Positions 18,367 through 25,605 of a stretch of DNA of 30,021 nucleotides are shown here, piece by piece. The notes under the pieces are model-generated. The model was not told where the DNA came from, did no database searches, and saw only the letters and a list, made by a program, of their open reading frames with translations. Origin of the DNA: a virus (taxonomy: Duplodnaviria > Caudoviricetes); IMG/VR virus record IMGVR_UViG_3300020044_008144, positions 1 to 30,021 of that record. One strand, given 5' to 3'. The translations under genes and the position numbers were made by a program. Each line of letters opens with the position of its first letter. Positions within the stretch are counted from its first letter, which is position 1.

Positions 18367-18932
18367 TCACTTGCCCTTTCGCTTCGCTGCGGTGACGGCC
18401 TTAGCTACCGTCGCCTGATTCTCATAAAGCTGTTCGAAATACTCTTTGCTGGCCGATCCGAGGGCTAACCCAATACCCTGTGCAATCGCCATCGAATCCC
18501 ACGCTTGAACACGTTCGAGATTCAGGTAGAGGCCGAATCGTCGCTCGTGCTCGGTTCTTCTGTCGAGTCGTCCGACAACTCCGATTCCGTAAGTGGCTGC
18601 GATGTCTGCATCTGTTCGCCACTTTTTTTTTGAAACCCAGAGTACAGCATGAACGCCTTGAGTAAATCAAGGCACTCAAGCTCTGTCAGGCCACCTTCAT
18701 AAACCGTCTTCAATTCAAACACTTCGCGTGTAATGCCTGCAACCTTACCGATGATCTTATCCCGGAGTTCTTCACGCTTCATCAGCTTGAAGTCATCTTC
18801 CCGGAAGTCTTCGTTAGATTGCAGTGCCCTCCAGATAACCATCGGATCAGCGACTGCCGTCCGATGGCCATTCCAGAATTTGAACACGTATCGGCTGCGG
18901 TTAAACAGCCAGCGTTTGAATAGGTTCAGCAT
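18367..18932 (-). CDS. Tail assembly chaperone gpGT-like (-1 frameshift product, ~188 aa)
   Basis: The -1 frame after A AAA AAA reads KWRTDADIAATYGIG...AKRKGK with no stop until TGA at 18367-18369, just before the TMP ATG. Confidence 0.8.
18522..18932 (-). CDS. Tail assembly chaperone (gpG-like)
   Basis: Between tail tube and tape measure; contains CAA AAA AAA slippery run near its C-terminus. Confidence 0.8.
   Translation of the reverse strand: MLNLFKRWLFNRSRYVFKFWNGHRTAVADPMVIWRALQSNEDFREDDFKLMKREELRDKIIGKVAGITREVFELKTVYEGGLTELECLDLLKAFMLYSGFQKKSGEQMQTSQPLTESELSDDSTEEPSTSDDSAST
18624..18630 (-). promoter_or_regulatory. Programmed -1 ribosomal slippery heptamer A AAA AAA
   Basis: Nine-A run 18623-18631 in X XXY YYZ phase. 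Confidence 0.8.
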
Positions 18933-19564
18933 TAGGTTTCAACAGCTTGAGTCGTGCCAGCATAAGTGGCGAAGTTTGTGACAACGTGAGCGTTCTGCAT
19001 CCAGAGATACGTTTTGCCGTCTCCGGACTGAGTTGAGTCAGTTGTGAACGGCAACGCTTCGATATCAAAGTCGATCGTTGTGTTCTTGGATGCTAGGTTG
19101 AATCTGATCGGCCCGGCATACCAGCAGTTCGGCAGGTTGAGATTGTCAGCCAAGACAGCGGCTCCAGCGTCAGCAGCAATCGCTGCGGTATCGGCTGCAC
19201 CAATAAGCAGAACCTGAAACGCTCGCTTGCCGCAGCTAACAAGACCGCCGATATTCGTGAGCGTTCCAGCCGCTCCGGTTGACCAGTTTGTCGATGCTTG
19301 GCTTTCGCGTAGCTTCTTGGCTACCGCCATTGCTGGCTCAACAATCGACAGGCTCAGCTTGACAGACTTACCCATGAACTGACGATCAACCGCCGGGCCT
19401 GCTGTCCCGCCGTACTGGTCAGAGTGGATCGGATTCGTGAAGACTGTCTCTTCAATAGAAACGCCTTCCGTGGTGTAGCCAAGACTTACAAAACCGTTTG
19501 TGTCCCGCAGGTTGACTTTCACCAACACCGGGCCAGAAACGTATGGGCAAAATTGACCAGTCAT
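18932..19564 (-). CDS. Major tail tube protein
   Basis: LGYTTEGVSIE...DQYGG...G..VKLSLSIVE pattern, 210 aa, directly upstream of chaperones. Confidence 0.7.
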   Translation of the reverse strand: MTGQFCPYVSGPVLVKVNLRDTNGFVSLGYTTEGVSIEETVFTNPIHSDQYGGTAGPAVDRQFMGKSVKLSLSIVEPAMAVAKKLRESQASTNWSTGAAGTLTNIGGLVSCGKRAFQVLLIGAADTAAIAADAGAAVLADNLNLPNCWYAGPIRFNLASKNTTIDFDIEALPFTTDSTQSGDGKTYLWMQNAHVVTNFATYAGTTQAVET

Positions 19565-19576
19565 GTCGGCAGTTCC

Positions 19577-20077
19577 TTATGGGTATTTTCTGGCTGGAAA
19601 GTATCCGGTCCGTTCTCGCCAAAGATTGAGGCCGTCCCACTCAACCAGCGTCGGACCTTCGTTTGAGATTGCCCCGGCTTCAGCCGCCGCTGGCTCATCT
19701 CCCGTGATTACAGAGTTTCCGTCTTGCAAGTCCTTAATGTGGCCCTTGCGTATGTCTTCGTAGAATTTCAAAACGTCCGGATTGACTGTGACTCGCCTTC
19801 GAAACAGGTGAACCATCGCGATCTCGCAGATGATTCGTTTCAGGTAGTCGAGATCAGTCCCGGCGAGTGCTGCCAATTGCTCGGCTTCATATCGACCGCC
19901 CTTCCTAAGAGCCGCAATGACTTCGCCTTCTGCTGCTGACAGTGCTCTATCAACCCGTGCATTGTCGGTTACATCGACAGTCGTACTGTCTGATGAATCG
20001 TCGATGACAAGTTGCTGGATGTCCCGTTCATCGAAGAACAGGATCAAGTCAGCAGCAGTGACGTAGGTTGCGGCCAT
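19577..20077 (-). CDS. Head-tail adaptor, Mu gp36/DUF1320-like
   Basis: YVTAADL..F....QL...VDRALSAAEGEV...RY...LKRIICEIA..HL...YE....IKDLQDG; follows MCP. Confidence 0.8.
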   Translation of the reverse strand: MAATYVTAADLILFFDERDIQQLVIDDSSDSTTVDVTDNARVDRALSAAEGEVIAALRKGGRYEAEQLAALAGTDLDYLKRIICEIAMVHLFRRRVTVNPDVLKFYEDIRKGHIKDLQDGNSVITGDEPAAAEAGAISNEGPTLVEWDGLNLWRERTGYFPARKYP

Positions 20078-20172
20078 TAGGAAGTCCCCAGACTGGTCGA
20101 ATGAGATGGCTTGTTCATAGACTCATGAGACAAGGATCACCGCCCTTCTGGTTTCGATAGAGTCGCTTATTC

Positions 20173-20212
20173 AAAGCAGTGGCCAGCAGGGGAGGCGTCC
20201 TGCTGACCACTG
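20173..20212 (-). terminator. Probable intrinsic terminator/stabilising hairpin after capsid gene
   Basis: CAGTGGTCAGCAGG / CCTGCTGGCCACTG 14-bp stem then CTTT; preceded by CATGGC-TTCG-GCCATG hairpin at 20217-20232. Confidence 0.65.
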
Positions 20213-20237
20213 GAAACATGGCCGAAGCCATGATGAA

Positions 20238-21284
20238 TCAGACTGCGTTCTGGAACATAACGGCACCTTCCTGACTCGTCAGGATGTACACGTAGTCTTC
20301 AACTACGCGGCCAGATGTGCGGCGATTGTCCTTGTCCTTCTTTGTCTCAGTGCTCATCTCTTCATACATGAAGCCGGTGATTGCACTGAAGTTCGGGCCA
20401 CCGAAAGGAGCTTCCAGTGAGCCGGGGCGAACAGTCATGAACGGAGTAGCAGTCGGCAGAACGTAGCTCTTGGCTGACGTTGCTCGCTTCTTGCTGGTGA
20501 CGCGAACCGTCTTCTCGACAATCAGGTTCACACCGTAAAGTTTCTGTGGCAGGCCGAACATTGCGTTCTGGTTGCCACCGGACAACTCGCCCTTGATCTG
20601 TGCCAGTGCATCAGGTGAACCCTTGATGTACTCGACGATCTCCTGACACTCAGCAAGCTGTCGAGCCAAGGTTGGATTGATGACCAAGTTCAGGTCGTCA
20701 GCGTCGATCGCTCCAAGGCTGTCCTGAATCATCGTGTCGCGGGCAGAGTTCAGGGACCGCTTGATGTCCTGACGATTGCTCGTCGATGCGGCCCATGTGC
20801 CAGTGTTACCAGACACCGCAGAGATGTCGATGACGTGGCTGGACAGGTGGTTTCCAGTCGTCAGGACAGACTTCAGGGCCAACATTGTGCGTGCTGTCAT
20901 AGCTCGCTGAGCCTGAGCAGCCGCGTGTGATGCCACGATGTCCCAAGTTGCCTGAGCGACTGCCTTGTCTCCCAATGTGAATGGGTAGACGTAGCGGCGA
21001 GTCGTGCCAGCAAGGTATTCGAATTCCTTGCCGTTGGTTCGGCCACCGGGAGCCGCTTCACCGTCCTGCCACTCGTTATCCAAGTTGCTGGCGTCGATGA
21101 TGCGACCGTTCTCGTCGAAGTTCATCTTCATGTAATAGAAGATCGACTTATCGACCTTCTTTACCTGAGTGTACTGGTTGACCGCAAACTTCTTGATGTT
21201 GCGGGCGTAGTCGATAACCAGAGATCCCGAAGCCTCGTGACTTGGGACGAAGGTGGAATTACCACCTGGAAGAACTGCTGTCAT
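20238..21284 (-). CDS. Major capsid protein
   Basis: 348 aa after protease/scaffold and decoration gene; HK97-fold-type features (LVINP, FGLP.KLYG, V.EDY); strong RBS; downstream hairpins. Confidence 0.8.
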   Translation of the reverse strand: MTAVLPGGNSTFVPSHEASGSLVIDYARNIKKFAVNQYTQVKKVDKSIFYYMKMNFDENGRIIDASNLDNEWQDGEAAPGGRTNGKEFEYLAGTTRRYVYPFTLGDKAVAQATWDIVASHAAAQAQRAMTARTMLALKSVLTTGNHLSSHVIDISAVSGNTGTWAASTSNRQDIKRSLNSARDTMIQDSLGAIDADDLNLVINPTLARQLAECQEIVEYIKGSPDALAQIKGELSGGNQNAMFGLPQKLYGVNLIVEKTVRVTSKKRATSAKSYVLPTATPFMTVRPGSLEAPFGGPNFSAITGFMYEEMSTETKKDKDNRRTSGRVVEDYVYILTSQEGAVMFQNAV

Positions 21285-21302
21285 TTGTGAATCCTTTCAC
21301 AA
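21281..21302 (-). promoter_or_regulatory. RBS hairpin TTGTGAA-AGGA-TTCACAA of capsid gene (21-bp repeat with 21731-21751)
   Basis: Identical 21 bp upstream of both capsid and decoration genes; SD sits in the hairpin loop. Confidence 0.75.
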
Positions 21303-21335
21303 GTTGTTTCAAAAGAACCTACCCATCAGGGCAGA

Positions 21336-21734
21336 TTATGCTCCGTAGTAACCGAAGAGTGGGCGAACTCGGATTGCTTCACCAGCAGATCCGGACTCAA
21401 GGGCAAGTGCCCCGTAAACGTCGTTGTTGCTTGCGACAGCAACACCGGCACCGGCAGAGTCAGACTTCAGCAGTCCTCCCTGAGTGGCCCCGCCAGAACC
21501 GAGGACTAGCAGAACTGGACGATCTTCTTGCTGTCCGTCGCCCAAGAAGATGATTGAGCATGGATCGCCGGAAGCGGCTGCATACTCAGTTTGTCCTGGA
21601 ATTGGTGGATAATTGCTGCCTTCGGCACTGATGCCGATCATGACTTCGCCCGCACCAGCTTCCGCTACAGTGTTGGCTCCAGATCGCTTAACAAAGCGGG
21701 ATGGGCGAATATTGCCCGATGCCTGAAAACTCAT
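21336..21734 (-). CDS. Capsid decoration/cement protein (DUF2190-like)
   Basis: F.ASG.I.P.RFVK...IGIS...G..LKSD..G..V......G.ALE....GE.I.V; between scaffold and MCP. Confidence 0.75.
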   Translation of the reverse strand: MSFQASGNIRPSRFVKRSGANTVAEAGAGEVMIGISAEGSNYPPIPGQTEYAAASGDPCSIIFLGDGQQEDRPVLLVLGSGGATQGGLLKSDSAGAGVAVASNNDVYGALALESGSAGEAIRVRPLFGYYGA

Positions 21735-21751
21735 TTGTGAATCCTTTCACA
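21731..21751 (-). promoter_or_regulatory. RBS hairpin TGTGAA-AGGA-TTCACA of decoration gene
   Basis: Direct repeat of the MCP initiation region. Confidence 0.75.
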
Positions 21752-21772
21752 GTGTTTCGATGTTTGAAAGAG

Positions 21773-21794
21773 TCGGCGCTGATTTCAGCGCCGA
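21773..21794. repeat. 22-bp palindrome copy 2 (intergenic, just after protease stop)
   Basis: Identical to copies 1 and 3. Confidence 0.9.
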
Positions 21795-21802
21795 AGTCTG
21801 GA

Positions 21803-23341
21803 TTAGCCTGCGACGGTCCCGCGTGCCTTCTTTTCAACGGCGTATGCGTTGCGGGCTTCGACGTAGCTCATGTGGTTCTTGGCGGCGTATCGCTTCACGT
21901 CTTCCACGTCTGACGCGGAAAGCTGGTCGATGCTGTCACCGTCTTCCGGGGCGTCTGCTCGTCGGCCAACCCCAGCGATACCGGAGAAGTCAGCGACTGA
22001 TGCCGGAGACTTGCGGTAATGTTCTCGGATGGTTTCGACATGATCCGCAAACTGCTCATCTGACTGGGTAGATACGCGACCCAGTTCCTTGTTCAGATCG
22101 AACTCGTAACCATCAGCCTTCAGGCTCGACAGCTTGCTGTATCGCTCTGAGCCGATCAGCTTGGCCTTGAGTGAGTTCTTCTCTGCTTCCAGTGCTTCGA
22201 TGCGGGCTTCAAGAGCCTTGAATCCTGCCTCAGCCGAATACTTGTCATTGTCTGCCATTGGTTTCTTTTCCTTTGCGAATGGCGGTTGATTTAGATCACC
22301 GCCAGCGTCCTGCTGAGGCGGTTTCATTGGTGCGTCTGCACCCATATTAGAACCAGCATCGGGCATTCCTCCCGGCTGGGGTTGTCCCGGCATTCCCGGT
22401 TGTGCTCCCGGTTGCTGTTCAGGATCTTCAGTAGGCATATCAGCCATTTGTGGCGGCTGATGAATCATTGGCGTAACGGCCCCTGATTTTCCGTCTTCCT
22501 GCATCTTTGCGATCAAATACTGGAACGGTTCCGATGCAAAGATAGCCTCGCAAACAGACTTCACGACACCCTGCGGTAGCTCCTGTTCAGGAGAACTGTC
22601 GCCGTACTTGTCGGGTTTCATGTTTGTACTTGGCATGAACGTCGCGTTTCCGCCCGGTAGTCCCATCTGGTAACGCTCCACTTCAATGATGTTTCCTGAT
22701 GCGTCGATGCGGTTGCAGTAGCGAACAGGCGGCAGATCCAGCCTTGGTTCCTCTGCACTCAGGACCGCGATCGGGTAGATTGTTCTCTGATGTACGTCAG
22801 GTAATGGAAGCACTTCAACGCTGCGGCCTACGCTGTAGCGGAAGACGTTTTCCTTGTCCTTGCGATGATATTCGTCGGTGAAGATGGCAAACTTTGGGTT
22901 AGTCTTCCCGGCCATCCCGAGACGATATGCCCCCGTGAATCCGATAACTTCCGGCTGCGGTGCTGATGCGTCTTCGCTGGTATGTCCCAGCGTCAGAGGG
23001 CAACACTTGCCGACTTCAAGCAGTTGGCCGTTCATGTTATTAACCATGCTGGCCAGAGCGTACTTGTCGTACTTAACACCCTTGCGGAACTTCCCGTTGC
23101 CAAGTTTCTGGCTAGGGATCTCATGTTCCTTGAACACACAGGCGTTGCGTAGTTCCTTGAAGTCGGATGCCTTATGGTATCGACGGGCTTCGTCTACTTC
23201 TTTTTCGCCGGTGTGGTCAGCCCAAATCTCAAAACACTTCTGATTCCGTTCATCAGTGTCTTGGATTTCCGACAGCATTGTGTCGTGAAACCGGATAGCA
23301 AAATCCGGTTGGGTTTCCCCATCCTTGGGTTTTAGGTTCAT
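21803..23341 (-). CDS. Prohead protease-scaffold (Mu gpI/gpZ-like); possible internal scaffold start at 22258
   Basis: PLTLGH, GRSVEV, IAVLSAEEP motifs; Pro/Gln linker; C-terminal coiled coil starting MADNDKY with an AAGGA RBS; ATG 23341 preferred as start. Confidence 0.8.
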   Translation of the reverse strand: MNLKPKDGETQPDFAIRFHDTMLSEIQDTDERNQKCFEIWADHTGEKEVDEARRYHKASDFKELRNACVFKEHEIPSQKLGNGKFRKGVKYDKYALASMVNNMNGQLLEVGKCCPLTLGHTSEDASAPQPEVIGFTGAYRLGMAGKTNPKFAIFTDEYHRKDKENVFRYSVGRSVEVLPLPDVHQRTIYPIAVLSAEEPRLDLPPVRYCNRIDASGNIIEVERYQMGLPGGNATFMPSTNMKPDKYGDSSPEQELPQGVVKSVCEAIFASEPFQYLIAKMQEDGKSGAVTPMIHQPPQMADMPTEDPEQQPGAQPGMPGQPQPGGMPDAGSNMGADAPMKPPQQDAGGDLNQPPFAKEKKPMADNDKYSAEAGFKALEARIEALEAEKNSLKAKLIGSERYSKLSSLKADGYEFDLNKELGRVSTQSDEQFADHVETIREHYRKSPASVADFSGIAGVGRRADAPEDGDSIDQLSASDVEDVKRYAAKNHMSYVEARNAYAVEKKARGTVAG

Positions 23342-23390
23342 AGCGTCCTGCCTTGACCTTGAATTGCCCAATCCGTTGGGCAGTTTCTAA

Positions 23391-23419
23391 ATTGTCCAGC
23401 ATACAGGGCAGTATGTCAA
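23391..23419 (-). promoter_or_regulatory. Sigma70-like promoter for head genes
   Basis: TTGACA-17 nt-GACAAT upstream of protease, downstream of a terminator-like hairpin. Confidence 0.6.
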
Positions 23420-23451
23420 TCAGGCAGACCGCCAATATTACGGCACGCACG

Positions 23452-23480
23452 AAAAAAGGCACACTGTTACGCCTGCCTTT
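23452..23480 (-). terminator. Possible intrinsic terminator
   Basis: AAAGGCA...TGCCTTT stem running into a T tract right after the 23480 stop. Confidence 0.5.
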
Positions 23481-23749
23481 CAGTTCTCCGAGAAGTCGCT
23501 ACCGGATTTCTTCTGTGCCGACAGTGCCGCAATGACTGCATCCATCATCTCGACGACAGTATTGTCGAGCGATCCCACACCGCTGGAAACCTTTGCGAGG
23601 GACAGGGCGAAGATCCGCGTATTGACGTTGGCTAGCTTCCAGCACTCCGGGCATATCGGGATTTGCGTGCAGTTATCTGGGCGATGCGGTGCGTGCCATT
23701 TCTGACACGATCCGCACAGATGCTTTTCGCCTTTAGGTCCGGTCGCCAT
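23480..23749 (-). CDS. Small zinc-finger-like protein
   Basis: C..C..WH...C....C..C; TAATG-coupled to KTSC gene. Confidence 0.6.
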   Translation of the reverse strand: MATGPKGEKHLCGSCQKWHAPHRPDNCTQIPICPECWKLANVNTRIFALSLAKVSSGVGSLDNTVVEMMDAVIAALSAQKKSGSDFSEN

Positions 23750-24831
23750 TACCTGCCCCGATTCGGTCGCTGTGATCCACGGTCAGGATTGCCGCGATTC
23801 GGCCCTGCTCCGTTACGTGGACGATACGGACCAATCACCTTCTCTTGCAACTGCGAAACCACTGTCCGACCTGACTTTGCTTCAGTCCGCTTCCGTCGCT
23901 TCAGGATCTGAATCCCGTTCACGATGACGGCACGACGCGGGACGTAGCCACGGGAAACTGAATCGAGGTAGTATTCGTACTGGCTCCCGGCAACCGTTCC
24001 TCGAACTCTGAGGCGATCCCAAACGAACCCACCCTTGGAGTTAGCGGCCAGAAACTCCTGAAACAGCCGAGGATGGACGTTCTTGTAACCATATGTCGGG
24101 CCTGATCCCAACTGACCGCCGTTGCCGTACTTCTGGAGATATTTCACGAACAGCGTTGATGTCAGGGGATTCTTCAGGTTCATCTGAAACCCGATGCTAT
24201 GCACGTTACTGGATGTTACCGGGACCATCTTGCCTGTGATGGCAGGATCATCCATGAAATACCGACCGCGAAAAGACGGCGTTCTGATCTCAACCCGGTT
24301 TCCATCAATCAGCCGCATTCCCTGCCACGTAGCAGGTTCGGACGGGAGAATCCTGCGTTGCTCAGGCTGAGTGTCAACCCGCGTGCCTCCAGCCTGCTCC
24401 GGCGTCTTGGTTTCTCCACCGAACAACTGAGGCGTTAACTGCTCGATCAGGTTGACGGCTTTCTCAACGTCGCCGCCAAGGTTCTTCAGTCCAGCGTTAA
24501 GCGTGCTAATCAAAGCAGAGCGGGCACGAGCAGTGGAAGAACTTCCGGAACCCGTCAACAGTTCCAGAACATCCTTAACCTTCTGCCGTGCCCCTTGGTG
24601 AACCTGAATGACGTTCTTCTGTGCGTCGTTCGCTAACTGGCTGAGTGTCCGGTCAAGCGTCTGATTCTTGCCCCTCAACCGCTGTCTCAGGCTGTGAATC
24701 AGGTGCATCAACCGGACTCGGTTCTGTGGCTCCGTCCGCGTAGATAGCTTCCGGATTTCCTCCAGGCTGGTCTTCGTCTGCCGGTTCTCCTGAGAGTTCT
24801 GGTTGAAGTTGGGGAACAGCGGATTGGCCAT
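23749..24831 (-). CDS. KTSC-domain nucleic-acid-binding protein with helical N-terminus and Arg-rich tail
   Basis: M.PVTSSNVHSIGF...LFVKY...YGYKNV....FQEFLAANSKGGF matches KTSC; GGAG before ATG 24831. Confidence 0.75.
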   Translation of the reverse strand: MANPLFPNFNQNSQENRQTKTSLEEIRKLSTRTEPQNRVRLMHLIHSLRQRLRGKNQTLDRTLSQLANDAQKNVIQVHQGARQKVKDVLELLTGSGSSSTARARSALISTLNAGLKNLGGDVEKAVNLIEQLTPQLFGGETKTPEQAGGTRVDTQPEQRRILPSEPATWQGMRLIDGNRVEIRTPSFRGRYFMDDPAITGKMVPVTSSNVHSIGFQMNLKNPLTSTLFVKYLQKYGNGGQLGSGPTYGYKNVHPRLFQEFLAANSKGGFVWDRLRVRGTVAGSQYEYYLDSVSRGYVPRRAVIVNGIQILKRRKRTEAKSGRTVVSQLQEKVIGPYRPRNGAGPNRGNPDRGSQRPNRGR

Positions 24832-25066
24832 CAGTGAACTCCACGGCTGCAAAATACGGCTTCAGGAATTCCAGAATTGCAGCCTCCCCCTTCTCCGCGA
24901 CGGGTGCAAGTTCGTTTGTCGGAATACTGAAGACGCCTATTTTACCAGTTGCTTCGTGAACTGTGTAGACGGTCGCAGAATTCATGTCGTCATAGGTCGC
25001 TTCAATGCTGTGTATCCCATACCCGCGTTGTGCCAGAATAGGGGCTGCGGTCCAGTTCATATTCAT
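24653..25066 (-). CDS. Hypothetical protein with acidic tail
   Basis: Starts 2 nt after upstream stop; globular N-half; acidic tail overlaps the next gene by 179 nt. Confidence 0.5.
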   Translation of the reverse strand: MNMNWTAAPILAQRGYGIHSIEATYDDMNSATVYTVHEATGKIGVFSIPTNELAPVAEKGEAAILEFLKPYFAAVEFTDGQSAVPQLQPELSGEPADEDQPGGNPEAIYADGATEPSPVDAPDSQPETAVEGQESDA

Positions 25067-25068
25067 GG

Positions 25069-25605
25069 TTAAAAGTCCGTTCTAAATGATTCGACCGACT
25101 GAGACACCTCAAGCACGCTCTCAAGGCTATCTCGCAGGTCTTTGTTCTTCTCCAGTATCCACTGATTTGCGGCGATGAATCGGCACAGGCCCGACATTGC
25201 TTCCGTCAGTTTGGCTTCTGACTTCAGGCTGGCCTTCTTTTTCAGGTCGATGATTTCGTGAGACTTCAGGTTGTTGTCGGCAGTAAGAACAGCGATGCGT
25301 TTTGTGAGTGCAATTTTATCATCGTGCAGTGCTGAGTTACTTCCTCGAAGTATCGTCAGTTCGCTCGCCAACTTCTTTTCCAAGTTCGGCGCTGATTTCA
25401 GCGCCGACATTTCTTCCGTTAGTGAATGGTAATCCTGCTGCCACCGCACGCATCGTTCTTCAAACCAATCACGGTCTGACTTAGTGGTTTTCAGTTGCCA
25501 CTGAAGCACGTCAATCTCAGCGACACGCTTGAAATACTGAACCACTAGCCCTGCGATGGATACTAGAGAAACACCGCACAGCATGTACGCCGCGTATTGG
25601 TCCAT
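25069..25605 (-). CDS. Membrane-anchored coiled-coil protein
   Basis: N-terminal TM then long coiled coil; GGAGG RBS; abuts terminase stop. Confidence 0.65.
   Translation of the reverse strand: MDQYAAYMLCGVSLVSIAGLVVQYFKRVAEIDVLQWQLKTTKSDRDWFEERCVRWQQDYHSLTEEMSALKSAPNLEKKLASELTILRGSNSALHDDKIALTKRIAVLTADNNLKSHEIIDLKKKASLKSEAKLTEAMSGLCRFIAANQWILEKNKDLRDSLESVLEVSQSVESFRTDF
25386..25407. repeat. 22-bp palindrome copy 3 (in coding region)
   Basis: Identical to copies 1 and 2; again encodes SALKSAP. Confidence 0.9.

Noticed and set aside
18422-18679. 85-aa ORF as the chaperone extension
   Set aside because: This is the +1 frame; the -1 frame gives the product ending next to the tape measure start.
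4967-25407. Palindromes as a CRISPR array
   Set aside because: Copies are kilobases apart with no regular spacers and no cas genes.
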